DNA of 64,000 nucleotides. It comes from Patescibacteria group bacterium (GTDB lineage Bacteria > Patescibacteriota > Patescibacteriia > Magasanikbacterales > GWA2-37-8). The stretch lies in NCBI GenBank assembly GCA_041651015.1, contig JBAZKA010000002.1:70163-134162 (forward strand), given 5' to 3'. This document shows positions 45,529 through 56,690 of this stretch, piece by piece. The notes under the pieces were generated by a model. It had not been told where the DNA came from. It worked only from the letters and a program-made list of their open reading frames with translations, and searched no databases. A program made the translations under genes and the position numbers. The stretch's first letter is position 1, and every line of letters starts with the position of its first letter.

Positions 45529-47604
45529 ATGCCCCGTGAATATCCCTTGGAAAAAACACGCAACATCGGCATCATGGCTCACATTGATGCCGGCAAGACC
45601 ACTGTCTCCGAGCGCGTTTTGTTTTACACCGGACGCAAACACAAAATCGGCGAAGTGCACGAAGGCGCGGCCGAAATGGATTGGATGGAACAAGAAAAAG
45701 AACGCGGTATCACTATTACTTCCGCCGCGACCACGGCTTTTTGGAAAGGTCATCGCATCAACTTGATTGATACTCCCGGACACGTGGATTTTACCGCCGA
45801 AGTAGAGCGCTCTCTGCGCGTGCTTGATGGCGCCGTGGCCGTGTTTGATGGTTCGCAAGGCGTGGAACCACAATCTGAAACCGTTTGGCATCAGGCCGAT
45901 AAATATAATGTCCCGCGTTTTGCTTTTGTGAACAAGATGGACAAGATGGGCGCGGATTTTTATATGAGTTTGGATTCAATCAAGGAACGTTTGTCCAAAA
46001 ACGCCGTGGCTGTTCAATTGCCGATTGGCGCCGAAGGAACTTTTTGCGGTATTGTTGATTTGATTGAAGAAAAAGCTTTTAAATTTGAAGGCAAGAACGG
46101 CGAAAATATCGTGGAAGTTCCGATTCCGGAAGATATGAAAGAAAAAGTCGCGTCCTTCAGACGCGAAATGGTGGAAAAAGCGGCCGAGGCCAATGAAGCG
46201 ACCATGAATAAATTTTTGGCCGGCGAGGCACTCTCGGTTGAAGAGATTCAATCCGGTATACGCGAGATGGTTTTGCGCGGTGATATTTATCCCGTGCTTT
46301 GCGGTGCGGCGTTGTCAAATATTGGTGTGCAATTAATGCTTGATGCGGTAGTCGCGTATTTGCCGGCCCCGACCGACATCAAAGCGTTTGTCGGAGAAAA
46401 TCCGGACACCGGCGCTGAAGAAACACGCAGTTCGTCTGATGATGAACCGTTTTCGGCTTTGGCCTTCAAAGTCGCGACCGACCCGTTCGTCGGCAAATTA
46501 ATTTTCTTCCGCGTTTATTCCGGTAAAGTTGCTTCCGGTTCATATGTGCTCAACTCCGCCAAGGGCGAACGCGAACGCATTAGTAGAATCGTCCGCATGC
46601 ATGCGAATCATCGCGAGGATGTGGAGGAAGTCTACGCCGGAGAAATCGCCGCGGCCATTGGTCTCAAATCCACCATTACCGGCGACACTCTTTGCGACGA
46701 AAATCATCCGATCACTTTGGCCAAAATTACTTTCCCCGAACCGGTTATCTCGGTCGCGATTGAACCAAAGACCAAACAAGATCAGGAAAAAATCGGTATG
46801 GCTTTGCAAAAATTGGCTGAAGAAGATCCGACTTTCAAAGTCAACACGGATGAAGAAACTTTGCAGACCATTATTCGCGGTATGGGTGAATTGCATTTGG
46901 ACATCATCGTTGACCGTATGAAACGCGAATTTAAAGTGGAAGCCAATGTCGGCGCGCCACAAGTCGCGTACAAAGAAACGATTAAGATGACGGCCGAAGG
47001 CGAAGGTAAATACATCAAGCAATCGGGCGGACGCGGTCAATATGGCCACTGCTATTTGCGCGTTGAGCCGACCGAACCGGGCGCGCCGTTTGAATTCTTG
47101 GATGAAATCAAGGGTGGCGTGGTCCCGCGTGAATACGTTCCGGCGATTGAAAAAGGCGTAAAAGAATCAATCACTCGCGGTATTTTAGCCGGTTATCCGA
47201 TTGTCAATATTAAAGTCGCTTGTTTTGATGGCTCGTATCATGAAGTTGATTCATCCGAAGCGGCTTTCAAAATGGCTGCGTCCATGGCGTTTCAAACCGC
47301 GTGCAAAAAAGCCAATCCGGTAATTTTGGAACCGATTATGAAGATTGAAGTTGTCACCCCGGAAAAATTTATGGGTGATGTCATTGGCGACCTCAATTCC
47401 AAACGCGGACAAATTCAAGAAATGACTGACCGCAGTCAAATGAAAGTGGTCAAAGCGATTGTGCCTTTGGCCAGCATGTTTGGCTATGTGACATCCTTGC
47501 GTAATATGTCGCAAGGACGCGCCAGTTCCACCATGGAATTTTCCCACTATGCCGAAGTGCCAAATAATGTGGCCCAGACAATTATTGAAGGTAAAAAGAA
47601 ATAA
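45529..47604 (+). CDS. fusA: Elongation factor G
   Basis: [23 protein letters not shown]. Confidence 0.99.
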   Translation: MPREYPLEKTRNIGIMAHIDAGKTTVSERVLFYTGRKHKIGEVHEGAAEMDWMEQEKERGITITSAATTAFWKGHRINLIDTPGHVDFTAEVERSLRVLDGAVAVFDGSQGVEPQSETVWHQADKYNVPRFAFVNKMDKMGADFYMSLDSIKERLSKNAVAVQLPIGAEGTFCGIVDLIEEKAFKFEGKNGENIVEVPIPEDMKEKVASFRREMVEKAAEANEATMNKFLAGEALSVEEIQSGIREMVLRGDIYPVLCGAALSNIGVQLMLDAVVAYLPAPTDIKAFVGENPDTGAEETRSSSDDEPFSALAFKVATDPFVGKLIFFRVYSGKVASGSYVLNSAKGERERISRIVRMHANHREDVEEVYAGEIAAAIGLKSTITGDTLCDENHPITLAKITFPEPVISVAIEPKTKQDQEKIGMALQKLAEEDPTFKVNTDEETLQTIIRGMGELHLDIIVDRMKREFKVEANVGAPQVAYKETIKMTAEGEGKYIKQSGGRGQYGHCYLRVEPTEPGAPFEFLDEIKGGVVPREYVPAIEKGVKESITRGILAGYPIVNIKVACFDGSYHEVDSSEAAFKMAASMAFQTACKKANPVILEPIMKIEVVTPEKFMGDVIGDLNSKRGQIQEMTDRSQMKVVKAIVPLASMFGYVTSLRNMSQGRASSTMEFSHYAEVPNNVAQTIIEGKKK

Positions 47605-47659
47605 ATTAGATTAAATAAAAAATCTCCGAAGTAATTCGGAGATTTTTTTGTTGTATTTT

Positions 47660-47926
47660 TTAAGCGGCCGGCCGTTCAATCCAACTACCTACATCATCAC
47701 TGTCTGTGTCAGATTTGCCGATATCTATGGCGCCGGTCATGTCAGTTTCGTGTTGTAGCGTTTTAAACGCTTCGCGTGCTCCTGATCGGGTGTTGTCGGT
47801 GACTCTGCCTTCGCCTGCCATATGTAGACCTTCAATACCTTTTCTCTTTTCAGCGATTTCTTCATTTAGCGTGTGGCGTTTGCCTTCTGACGCGGCGATC
47901 ATTTGTTCTTGCATGCCTTCACTCAT
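47660..47926 (-). CDS. Hypothetical protein
   Basis: Own promoter TTGACA-17-TATAAT at 47987-47959. Confidence 0.55.
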   Translation of the reverse strand: MSEGMQEQMIAASEGKRHTLNEEIAEKRKGIEGLHMAGEGRVTDNTRSGAREAFKTLQHETDMTGAIDIGKSDTDSDDVGSWIERPAA

Positions 47927-48108
47927 ATTTTTAATGTTAATGTTAAATTAACCAAAGTATTATAGCACATTTTGGCCGTTTTGTCAATCATCATTGACAT
48001 AATATATTTTTCGTGCTATGTTTGGATATCCGGAAGAAAAGGGATTTATTCGTTTGCCACGAAGCCCTTTACAATTTAGGTAAGGGGTTGCAACAAGAGG
48101 AGGGAACC

Positions 48109-49242
48109 ATGTTTGGCGGGAAAAAACAAGAAGAAGTCGAAAGAGAGCTGATCAGACGTGAACAGGCCGTCGAAATGGAAGAACTTCGGCTCGCGGCCGA
48201 GAAGGAACGGATAGGCGATTCGTGGGAGGAAGTAAAAGCGGCGGCCGAAGCGGCCATGCGTATGACGGCTGAAGTTGAGGCCGAGAAAGCAGTCTTGGTC
48301 GAAGAGAAAAATCATCTGGCTGGGGCGAACGATCTCGTTCGGGAACGGCTGTCTACCATCGGTATCATCCTGCGTCGGCTTTTCACGGGCGAACTTGACG
48401 GTGATCCGTCAGAAAGCGCGCGCGCCATGCTGGAGTATCTGGGCACGTTGCCCGACGCTCCAGTTGGACTCGCCGATGACCTGGACGAGAAAGTCAAGAT
48501 GATCGTCGAGGCGTCGACCTTGTCGCGATTGAACGGCAGTCTGCAGCAGATCTGTATAGCGGTCGAAGCCGCGAGAAAAGCGATGGATCACAAATCGCGC
48601 CAACTCGACGTTCTGCTCGCGCAAAAGCGCGAGCAGAACAATCTCTACAAGAACGCTGTTGCCGACAAGGCAACGGCCGAAGAACGCGCAAGGTCGGCCG
48701 AAACCGAACGCGACACGGCTGTGGAGGAGCTTAATAGGCTGCGCGAGGAACGTGATCGCATCACAGATCAGATCAACGAGGTTAGGCTGGCCGTGACAAA
48801 TCTTTTGGACTCGCAGAAAAAAGTCCAAGCTGATTTGTCCGCCGAGAAGATCAGGCTCGCCGAACTGCAGAAGTCTTGTGACGAGGTCACAAAAATCGCA
48901 AAGGCTGATTTGATCGTGTCCGAAAAACAGCGCGATGCGGCGTTGGCTGTTTTGCGCAGCAAGGTTCAAGCGGCGCAAACCGCCTTGGCCGCGGAGGAGC
49001 AGATTTCCAGGGAACGCATTGAAGCCGCGGAAAAAGCCGCGGAAGACATGCGGACTGAAGCCATGCGAGCCATTGAAGGAGTGGCGAGCGACCTGCAAGG
49101 CGAAACCGAAAGTCATGTTGCCCTGCTTAAGGGGCTGGCCGGCGGGATCAAGGCTGCAACAACCTCTCGGCTAACAGAACCGTTTTTCGGACCGCCGCCC
49201 GAGCCGGAAGACCCGCCGCCTTCCGCTGAAGGCGCCGAGTAG
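48109..49242 (+). CDS. Long coiled-coil hypothetical protein
   Basis: Ala/Glu-rich heptads; SD GAGGAGG; promoter TTGACA at 47994; terminator at about 49262-49300. Confidence 0.75.
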   Translation: MFGGKKQEEVERELIRREQAVEMEELRLAAEKERIGDSWEEVKAAAEAAMRMTAEVEAEKAVLVEEKNHLAGANDLVRERLSTIGIILRRLFTGELDGDPSESARAMLEYLGTLPDAPVGLADDLDEKVKMIVEASTLSRLNGSLQQICIAVEAARKAMDHKSRQLDVLLAQKREQNNLYKNAVADKATAEERARSAETERDTAVEELNRLREERDRITDQINEVRLAVTNLLDSQKKVQADLSAEKIRLAELQKSCDEVTKIAKADLIVSEKQRDAALAVLRSKVQAAQTALAAEEQISRERIEAAEKAAEDMRTEAMRAIEGVASDLQGETESHVALLKGLAGGIKAATTSRLTEPFFGPPPEPEDPPPSAEGAE

Positions 49243-49388
49243 CCCCTACCACAGTTCATTACCCCGCTGATACTGGCAATATCAGCGGGGATTTTATTTT
49301 CTCCCGACGTAAAGTCGGGACGGGGTTGACTTTCGCGTCTGATTTCATTATACTGGTTTTATATTCTTCAATTTGGAAAAATTATTTT

Positions 49389-50000
49389 ATGAACTCCAAA
49401 CAATTAAATAGATTGCTAAATTTGGTCAGAGAAACCGGCGACCGTTTGGTCGTGGCCGATAATGAAAGCGACGATGTTTTTGTATTGATGAATTTAGATG
49501 AATACGAAAATTTGTCCGGCAACGGCGAATTTGACTCACATGAGTTTTGTCATGAATGCGAGCACGAATCTAAACGCGATGAATTTAATGACGATTTTGA
49601 CCCGGAAGAATTAAACGAAAATGCTTTTGATTTTTCCGCATCTGAAGAGCCGGAACAAAAAAAACCAACCGAGATGAGCGAGCGCGAACTTCTGGAAAAA
49701 ATTAACGGCGACATTGCGGATTGGCGCAGCGCTCAGACCAAGAAAGAAGAAAATGAATTAGCCGAAGAATTAGTGGAAGAAAAAATTTCTGAGCCGGAAA
49801 GCAGACCGGTGGACGATAATAGCGGCGAAGAAAAAATTCAAGTTCCTTCCGGCATTGCCAGTATCGGCGATGTGCTGTTTGATAAAAAATACCAAAACAG
49901 GGAATTTGACAACACGCCCAGAACGGGAATTATTGAAGAAGACGATTTATCCGGTGTGCCGCATGAGGAAGAGAAATTTTATTTGGAGCCGGTAGAATAA
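49389..50000 (+). CDS. Acidic hypothetical protein with Phd/YefM-like N-terminus
   Basis: LLNLVRETGDRLVV..VFVLMNLDEYE; C-terminus KFYLEPVE. Confidence 0.65.
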   Translation: MNSKQLNRLLNLVRETGDRLVVADNESDDVFVLMNLDEYENLSGNGEFDSHEFCHECEHESKRDEFNDDFDPEELNENAFDFSASEEPEQKKPTEMSERELLEKINGDIADWRSAQTKKEENELAEELVEEKISEPESRPVDDNSGEEKIQVPSGIASIGDVLFDKKYQNREFDNTPRTGIIEEDDLSGVPHEEEKFYLEPVE

Positions 50001-50226
50001 TGATAGATTAGCCAAGAAATCAGTTTTTTGGTTATTCACAGAATATTCACAAGCGACCTCTTGCCAAAATGGCGCATATCTGCTATAATCGTTAAGAAAT
50101 ATGAGCGCTTGGCTCTAAATTTTTGAGCCGAACATTCAATTTGAAAATTTTTTTTATAAATATTTTAGCGGCTGGATAACAAATCTGCGACGACCACTCG
50201 GAGCAGTGCCGTGTAAATGTAATCGT

Positions 50227-51417
50227 ATGGCAGAGTTTGTGAGAACAAAGCCGCACGTCAACATTGGCACAATTGGCCACGTTGACCATGGTAAGACTAC
50301 TCTTACCGCGGCGATTTTGCAGGTTTTGAGCACTCATGGTATGACTGCTCAAAATAAAGGTGTGGCTGATTTGGATAAAGCCCCTGAGTCAAAAGCTCGC
50401 GGTATTACCATTTCCACCGCTCATGTTGAGTACGAAACAACCAAGAGGCACTATGCCCACGTGGATTGTCCGGGACATGCTGATTATGTGAAGAACATGA
50501 TCACCGGCGCCGCTCAAATGGACGGCGCGATTTTGGTCGTCTCGGCTGCTGATGGTCCGATGCCGCAAACCCGCGAACACATCGTGCTCGCTCGTCAAGT
50601 CGGTGTGCCGTATATCGTCGTTTTCTTAAACAAAGTTGACCAAGTTTCCGACCCGGAATTGATTGATTTGGTGGAAGCCGAGGTTCGTGATTTGCTCAAG
50701 AAATATGATTTCCCGGGCGACACCACCCCGATTATCCGCGGTTCCGCTTTGCAAGCTTTGCAAAACCCGACCGATGAAGCGGCCGCCAAACCGGTTTTGG
50801 ATTTAATGAATGTGGTTGATGAATATATTCCGGAGCCGACCCGCGCCGTTGATCAACCTTTCCTCATGCCGATTGAAGACGTGTTCTCCATTGAAGGCCG
50901 AGGCACTGTGGTGACCGGTCGTATTGAACGCGGCATCATTCACGTGAATGATGAAGTGGAAATTGTCGGTTTGAATGAAGAAAAAATGAAAACCGTGGTC
51001 ACTGGTATTGAAATGTTCAACAAACAGTTGAAAGAAGGTCAAGCCGGTGATAACGCGGGCATCTTGCTTCGCGGTACCAAAAAGGAAGAAGTTGAGCGCG
51101 GTATGGTTCTCGCCAAACCGGGCACAATTAATCCGCACACAGATTTTGAAGCCCAAGTGGTTGTCTTGACCAAAGAAGAAGGCGGACGCCACAAACCGTT
51201 TTTCAAGGGTTACAAACCGCAGTTTTACGTCCGCACTACGGACGTCACCGGTGAAGTAATTTTGCCGGAAGGCACGGAAATGGTTATGCCGGGCGATACA
51301 ATCAGCTTTACCGTGAAGTTGATCAAGCCGGTAGCTATGGAAGAAAAAATGAAGTTCGCCATTCGCGAGGGCGGTAAGACCGTCGGCGCGGGTGTGGTAA
51401 CAAAAATTCTTAAATAA
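50227..51417 (+). CDS. tuf: Elongation factor Tu
   Basis: [18 protein letters not shown]. Confidence 0.99.
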   Translation: MAEFVRTKPHVNIGTIGHVDHGKTTLTAAILQVLSTHGMTAQNKGVADLDKAPESKARGITISTAHVEYETTKRHYAHVDCPGHADYVKNMITGAAQMDGAILVVSAADGPMPQTREHIVLARQVGVPYIVVFLNKVDQVSDPELIDLVEAEVRDLLKKYDFPGDTTPIIRGSALQALQNPTDEAAAKPVLDLMNVVDEYIPEPTRAVDQPFLMPIEDVFSIEGRGTVVTGRIERGIIHVNDEVEIVGLNEEKMKTVVTGIEMFNKQLKEGQAGDNAGILLRGTKKEEVERGMVLAKPGTINPHTDFEAQVVVLTKEEGGRHKPFFKGYKPQFYVRTTDVTGEVILPEGTEMVMPGDTISFTVKLIKPVAMEEKMKFAIREGGKTVGAGVVTKILK

Positions 51418-51476
51418 GTCATGACGAGGGGGGTGAAATATTCACCCCCCTTTGTCGTGAGATTAAGTTCTTTACC

Positions 51477-51815
51477 ATGACGCAAGCAATAAAGAAAACC
51501 ACAGAAGCAGTAGCGACAAGAATTCGCATCAAAATTCGCGCTTATGACAATAAAATTATTGATCAAGCGACCAAGATGATTATTGAAACAGCCGAGCGCA
51601 ATGATGCGAAAGTGATCGGGCCGGTACCGTTGCCGACCGAAAAGTCCAAATTTACGGTTAATCGCTCTACGTTTGTGCACAAGGATGCGCGCGAGCAGTT
51701 TGAAATGCGCGTGCACAAGCGTTTGATTGACATTATGAACGCCTCGCCAAAATGCGTTGACGCGCTCATGAGTTTGAGCTTACCGTCGGGTGTGGATGTG
51801 GAAATAAAGATGTAA
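51477..51815 (+). CDS. rpsJ: 30S ribosomal protein S10
   Basis: [26 protein letters not shown]. Confidence 0.97.
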   Translation: MTQAIKKTTEAVATRIRIKIRAYDNKIIDQATKMIIETAERNDAKVIGPVPLPTEKSKFTVNRSTFVHKDAREQFEMRVHKRLIDIMNASPKCVDALMSLSLPSGVDVEIKM

Positions 51816-51836
51816 AAAATAGTTGGAGTGAGGGGC

Positions 51837-52227
51837 TTGACAACAATTATTAATTGTTGTATAGTGCCAGCGTTGAAAAAAGTCGGTTTGGCCCAACTAA
51901 ATAAGATTCACCGCAATGGGCGATGGAAAACATTTACGCGGAATCAGGCGCGACGGGAGAAAATTATTTAAAACAAAAACTACAATAGCCAATCTATACC
52001 GGATTTATTCGGTGTTTGCGTGCAAGTTTGTTTAAATAGACAAGCGTGCGCGAGATGGCTAGAAGCAATAGCATTAAAATATATTTAATGTTTTTGCTTC
52101 TAGTTTTTTGTTAAGAGGGGGTTGAAGGACGGGATTTAATTGATTATTTAACAGTTATCTCCGTAAATCGGGATGGGCTCAATTCGCTTTGGCGGAAAGA
52201 GAACGCGGAGCAATGACTCACAAAAAT
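51837..52227 (+). promoter_or_regulatory. Promoter and long structured leader/attenuator of the rplC operon
   Basis: TTGACA-17-TATAGT at 51837-51865; hairpin CTAGAAGCA...TGCTTCTAG followed by T6 at 52059-52109. Confidence 0.6.
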
Positions 52228-52923
52228 ATGAAGTTTATTTTAGGAAAAAAATTAGGAATGACGCAGGTGTTTTCTCCAAACGGAGATATTTTGCCGGTCA
52301 CCCGGGTAACTGCCGGACCGTGCCAAATCACTCAAGTCAAAAATTCCGGCAAAGATAATTCCGTTGCCGTGGAAATCGGTTTTGAAGAAGTGAAAGATTT
52401 TCGCGTCAACAAACCGAAAGCGGGTCATCTGAATGATTTAAAACCGGTCAGACATTTACGTTCGTTTTTAACTGAATCAGTGGAAGGACTGAATCGCGGC
52501 GATGTCGTGGCCGTGGATACTTTTTCTGTCGGCGACATCGTCACTGTAGAAGGAATATCCAAAGGTAAGGGTTTCGCCGGCGTGGTTAAACGCCACGGTT
52601 TTCATGGTGCTCCGGCTTCCCATGGTCACAAACACGATTTGCGCGCTCCGGGTTCTATCGGCGCGGGCGGTGTGCAACGTGTTTTCAAAGGTATGCGTAT
52701 GGCCGGTCGCATGGGCGGAGGTCCGGTAACGGTCAAGAATCTGGAAGTAGTGGAAATTCATCCTGAGACCAATGAAATTTATATCAAAGGCGCGATTCCG
52801 GGAGCGAGAAACGGTTTGGTGAAGATTTCCTGCCCGGGAAAATTGTCGGTAAACAAGGCCGCCTCGTCAGCGGAACCGGTTAGCGAAAATGTTTCGGTTG
52901 AAGCCGAACAGGTTAACGCTTAA
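52228..52923 (+). CDS. rplC: 50S ribosomal protein L3
   Basis: GKKLGMTQ, SKGKGFAG, RAPGSIG. Confidence 0.97.
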   Translation: MKFILGKKLGMTQVFSPNGDILPVTRVTAGPCQITQVKNSGKDNSVAVEIGFEEVKDFRVNKPKAGHLNDLKPVRHLRSFLTESVEGLNRGDVVAVDTFSVGDIVTVEGISKGKGFAGVVKRHGFHGAPASHGHKHDLRAPGSIGAGGVQRVFKGMRMAGRMGGGPVTVKNLEVVEIHPETNEIYIKGAIPGARNGLVKISCPGKLSVNKAASSAEPVSENVSVEAEQVNA

Positions 52924-52943
52924 CGGCAGAATATTTGAAATAT

Positions 52944-53582
52944 ATGAAGACAAAAGTTTACAATCTTGAAGGTAAAGAAACCGGCGAAATAAATTTAGAC
53001 GAGAAGGTTTTTGGCGTCAAAGTTAAACCCGAAGTTGTTCACGAGGTTTTTGTCGCCATGACAAATAATCAACGCGAACCGTGGGCTGATACCAAGAATC
53101 GCGGTGAAGTTTCCGGCGGCGGCAGAAAGCCTTGGAAGCAAAAAGGCACCGGTCGCGCCCGCCATGGTTCAATCCGTTCCCCGATTTGGGTGGGCGGCGG
53201 CGTGGCTTTTGGTCCTTTGACCGAGAGAAATTATAAATCCAAAATCAACAAAAAAACTCGACGTTTGGCCACTCGCATGTGTTTGTCCGATAAGCTGGCG
53301 TCAGGCCTTTTGACTGTGGTGGAAAATTTTGATTTCAGCGAGCCAAAGACCAAAGTGTTTGCCGCGTTTTTATCCAAATTGCCGGCTAAGCACAAATCGT
53401 ATTTGATTTTGACCGGTACGACTGATAACGACAAGGTCTATCGCATGGCCAGAAATTTAAAGAAGATTGAAATTTTACGCGCCGCGGACGCGAACGTGAT
53501 GGTGCTCGCTCAGAAAGAAGCGGTCATCGTGAGTCAAGACGGCGTGGGTGAAATTGAAAAGATTTTAATCAAGAATGACTAA
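52944..53582 (+). CDS. rplD: 50S ribosomal protein L4
   Basis: [15 protein letters not shown]. Confidence 0.97.
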   Translation: MKTKVYNLEGKETGEINLDEKVFGVKVKPEVVHEVFVAMTNNQREPWADTKNRGEVSGGGRKPWKQKGTGRARHGSIRSPIWVGGGVAFGPLTERNYKSKINKKTRRLATRMCLSDKLASGLLTVVENFDFSEPKTKVFAAFLSKLPAKHKSYLILTGTTDNDKVYRMARNLKKIEILRAADANVMVLAQKEAVIVSQDGVGEIEKILIKND

Positions 53583-53868
53583 TGATATGGCAACAACTTG
53601 CATTAAAAAACCGCTTATCACCGAAAAGTCTGCTGTGGCGCAGAGTTTGAATAAATATTCTTTTGTTGTCAGCAACAGCGCCAATAAAGCTGATGTTAAA
53701 CGCGCGATTAAAGAAATGTATAATGTGGAACCGATCGCTATAAATATTGTTAATATGGAAGGTAAGGCCACCCGCCGAGGCGCAGTGACCGGTCGACGCG
53801 GAGATTACAAAAAGGCTGTGGTGACATTACCTAAGGGTAAGACCATTGCTATTCACGAAGGCGTTTAA
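53575..53868 (+). CDS. rplW: 50S ribosomal protein L23
   Basis: PLITEK, KKAVVTL; operon order. Confidence 0.95.
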   Translation: MTNDMATTCIKKPLITEKSAVAQSLNKYSFVVSNSANKADVKRAIKEMYNVEPIAINIVNMEGKATRRGAVTGRRGDYKKAVVTLPKGKTIAIHEGV

Positions 53869-53891
53869 GGTAAGATCATAGATTCAATAAT

Positions 53892-54728
53892 ATGCCAATT
53901 AAAGTTTACAAACCAACTACCAACGGCCGCCGCAACTCCAGCGTGGATACTTTTTCTGATCTCACCAAATGGGAGCCGGAAAAATCCCTAACCACTGTTT
54001 TGAAGCCGAAGTCCGGTCGCAACAACCAGGGCTTTATTACCGTGCGCCACAAATCCGGCGGAGCCAAAAAACTTTATCGCTTGGTGGATTTCAAACAGCA
54101 AAAATTCAATGTGGAAGCCGAGGTGCTCGCCATAGAATATGACCCGAGCCGCGGGCCGCGCGTTGCTTTGATTCAATATGATGGCGGCGAGAAATCATAC
54201 ATTCTCGCTCCGGCCAATTTGAATGTCGGCGACAAGGTGGTGGCTTCCGATAAAGTGATTGAAGCCAAAACCGGCAACAGAATGCCGTTGGAATATATGC
54301 CGGTTGGTTTATTTATTTTTAATATTGAACTTACTCCGGGCAAAGGCGGACAACTTGTTCGCGGCGCCGGACTTTCCGCGCAGTTGGTAGGTTTTGAAGG
54401 CGAATATGCGCAGATTAAATTGCCTTCCGGTGAAATTCGTTCGGTGCGCAAACAATGCGCGGCTTCCATTGGCGCTTTGAGCAATGCCGATAGACGTTTG
54501 ATTCGCTGGGGCAAGGCCGGACGCATGCGTCATCGCGGTATCAAGCCGACCGTCAAAGGTAAAAACATGAACCCGGTTGACCATCCGCACGGCGGCGGCG
54601 AGGGCCATTCTCCGATCGGCCAGAAACGCGGCCCGCAAACTGTTTATGGCAAAACCGCCATGGGCGTCCGCACCCGCAAGCCGAAAAAATGGAGTGATAA
54701 ATTTATTATAAAATCCCGACGTAAATAA
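53892..54728 (+). CDS. rplB: 50S ribosomal protein L2
   Basis: GRNNQG, MNPVDHPHGGGEG. Confidence 0.98.
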   Translation: MPIKVYKPTTNGRRNSSVDTFSDLTKWEPEKSLTTVLKPKSGRNNQGFITVRHKSGGAKKLYRLVDFKQQKFNVEAEVLAIEYDPSRGPRVALIQYDGGEKSYILAPANLNVGDKVVASDKVIEAKTGNRMPLEYMPVGLFIFNIELTPGKGGQLVRGAGLSAQLVGFEGEYAQIKLPSGEIRSVRKQCAASIGALSNADRRLIRWGKAGRMRHRGIKPTVKGKNMNPVDHPHGGGEGHSPIGQKRGPQTVYGKTAMGVRTRKPKKWSDKFIIKSRRK

Positions 54729-54743
54729 TAATAACGATTTTGT

Positions 54744-55088
54744 ATGTCCAGAAGTTTAAAAAAAGGACCGTATGTAGATCCGCGAGTGCTCGGCAAAGTT
54801 GCCGCGCAAAAAGCGACCGGCAAAAAATCACCAATCAAGACGTGGTCGCGTGCTTGCGTTATTACTCCGGAAATGGTTTCAACGACTTTTCTTGTTCATA
54901 ATGGTAAAGATTTTTTGAGTGTTTTGGTTGATGAAAATATGGTTGGACATCGTTTGGGAGAATTTGCGCCGACTCGTAAATTTATTCGCCATGGTGGCAA
55001 AATGGCCAAGGAGCAAGAAGCCAAAGCCGCCGAGACTGCGTCCCCGGCCGCCAAACCGGCCGCCGCCAAACCGGCCGCTAAAAAATAA
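54744..55088 (+). CDS. rpsS: 30S ribosomal protein S19 with Ala/Lys/Pro tail
   Basis: [21 protein letters not shown]. Confidence 0.97.
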   Translation: MSRSLKKGPYVDPRVLGKVAAQKATGKKSPIKTWSRACVITPEMVSTTFLVHNGKDFLSVLVDENMVGHRLGEFAPTRKFIRHGGKMAKEQEAKAAETASPAAKPAAAKPAAKK

Positions 55089-55092
55089 ATAT

Positions 55093-55545
55093 ATGACAGA
55101 AGTTAAACAAGAGAATAAACAAGAAGGTAAACCGGAAATCAAAGCGACCTTGAATTTTTTGAAAATGGGTCCGCGTAAAGTCCGTCTGATTGCTGATTCC
55201 ATGCGCGGCCACAAAGTCAGTTTGGTGTTGGAACGTCTGACCATGAATTCCCAACACGCCGCTTTGCCCATGCTCAAACTTTTGAAATCAGCCGTGGCTA
55301 ATGCCAAACATAATTATAAATTTGATGTGGGTACTCTGCGTGTAAAAAGCATTACCGTTGACGGCGGTCCGGTGGTTAAACGCTGGATGCCGAAGGCGCA
55401 TGGCCGAGCCACTCCGCTCCGCCAGAGAACTTCGCACATCAATTTGGTATTGGTGCACGAAGAACCGCTCGCGAAAAAGGTCAAATCCGCCCGAGGCGGA
55501 TCCGCCTTCGGCGGAAAAGCGGTTAAGAAAACATCTAAAAAATAA
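55093..55545 (+). CDS. rplV: 50S ribosomal protein L22
   Basis: PRKVRLIAD, KSAVANA, RTSHI. Confidence 0.96.
   Translation: MTEVKQENKQEGKPEIKATLNFLKMGPRKVRLIADSMRGHKVSLVLERLTMNSQHAALPMLKLLKSAVANAKHNYKFDVGTLRVKSITVDGGPVVKRWMPKAHGRATPLRQRTSHINLVLVHEEPLAKKVKSARGGSAFGGKAVKKTSKK
55486..55515. repeat. Two tandem 15-bp hairpins TCCGCC-N3-GGCGGA inside rplV
   Basis: TCCGCCCGAGGCGGA TCCGCCTTCGGCGGA encodes SARGGSAFGG. Confidence 0.8.
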
Positions 55546-55550
55546 TCACT

Positions 55551-56243
55551 ATGGGTCATAAAGTTCATCCGACAATTCACCGTACTCCATATATATTTCC
55601 TTGGGACTCTCGCTGGTACGCGAAAAATGATCAATTGCCGACTTATCTCGAGCAAGAAGTTCGTATCCGCGCGTATTTGGCCAAGAAATTAAAAGAAGCG
55701 GGAATTGACGCTATTTCCATTGAACGCAGTCCGAAAGATATGACTATTACCATTCTGGCAGCCAAGCCGGGCGTGGTGATTGGACGTTCGGGCCAAGGAT
55801 TGGATGTTATCCGCAAAGAAATTGAAAAGAAATTTTTGCAATGCAAATTAAAAGTTAAGATGAACATTGTTCCGGTCAAACAGCCGGCTCTGTCCGCGGC
55901 CGTGGTCGCCCAAGGTTGCGCCGCCGAGATAGAAAAACGTATGCCTTTCCGCCGTGTAATGAAACAAGCGATTGAAAAAGTTATGGCCGCCGGCGCTCAA
56001 GGGGTGAAGATAAACATGGCCGGACGCTTGAACGGCGCGGAAATCGCCCGACGCGAGACTTTGTCTTCGGGCAAAATGTCGCTCATCACTTTCCGCAGCA
56101 ATGTGGATTACGCCCTGACCGAGGCGCAGACGATTTACGGTAAGATCGGCGTAAAAGTGTGGGTTTATCATGGTGAAGTTTTTGGCCGCCGAGACAAATT
56201 CGCCAAAACCGATAAAGATAAAAATCAGGAACAAGGTAAATAG
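55551..56243 (+). CDS. rpsC: 30S ribosomal protein S3
   Basis: MGHKVHP, KPGVVIG, GRLNGAEIAR. Confidence 0.97.
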   Translation: MGHKVHPTIHRTPYIFPWDSRWYAKNDQLPTYLEQEVRIRAYLAKKLKEAGIDAISIERSPKDMTITILAAKPGVVIGRSGQGLDVIRKEIEKKFLQCKLKVKMNIVPVKQPALSAAVVAQGCAAEIEKRMPFRRVMKQAIEKVMAAGAQGVKINMAGRLNGAEIARRETLSSGKMSLITFRSNVDYALTEAQTIYGKIGVKVWVYHGEVFGRRDKFAKTDKDKNQEQGK

Positions 56244-56270
56244 TCATAAGCAAATTAATACCGATTCAGT

Positions 56271-56681
56271 ATGTTATTGCCAAAAAAAGTTTTACATCGC
56301 AAATGGCACAAAGGACGCAAGCGCGGACTTGGCGTGGCCACCAGAGCCAACTCTATCGCCTTTGGCGAGTTTGGTTTGAAAACAGAATCACATGGTTGGG
56401 TGACCAGCCGTCAGATTGAAGCGGCTCGCCGTGTACTGACCCGTTATGTGCGACGCGGCGGCAAAATTTGGATTCGCATTTTTCCGGACAAGCCGGTGAC
56501 CGCCAAAGGAAACGAACAGCCGATGGGCGGCGGCAAAGGCGCGCCGGACCATTATGTGGCTGTGGTCAAACCGGGCACCATGTTGTTTGAAATGGGTGGT
56601 GTGGCCAAAGATCAAGTTGAAGAAGCGATGAAACTCGCCGGCTATAAACTGGGTTTGCGCGTTAAATTTGTGGAAAAATAA
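56271..56681 (+). CDS. rplP: 50S ribosomal protein L16
   Basis: [22 protein letters not shown]. Confidence 0.97.
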   Translation: MLLPKKVLHRKWHKGRKRGLGVATRANSIAFGEFGLKTESHGWVTSRQIEAARRVLTRYVRRGGKIWIRIFPDKPVTAKGNEQPMGGGKGAPDHYVAVVKPGTMLFEMGGVAKDQVEEAMKLAGYKLGLRVKFVEK

Positions 56682-56690
56682 TTTTTCAAT

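Noticed and set aside
44998-45891. 297-aa antisense ORF, and similar ones opposite tuf, tig, r-proteins and 48409-49116
   Set aside because: Antisense shadows of conserved or well-supported genes; no motifs or start signals
49312-49320. TCCCGACGTAAA shared between the hairpin near 49302-49320 and the end of rplB (54714)
   Set aside because: A 12-bp match explained by chance and coding for SRRK; the rplB copy lacks the second arm
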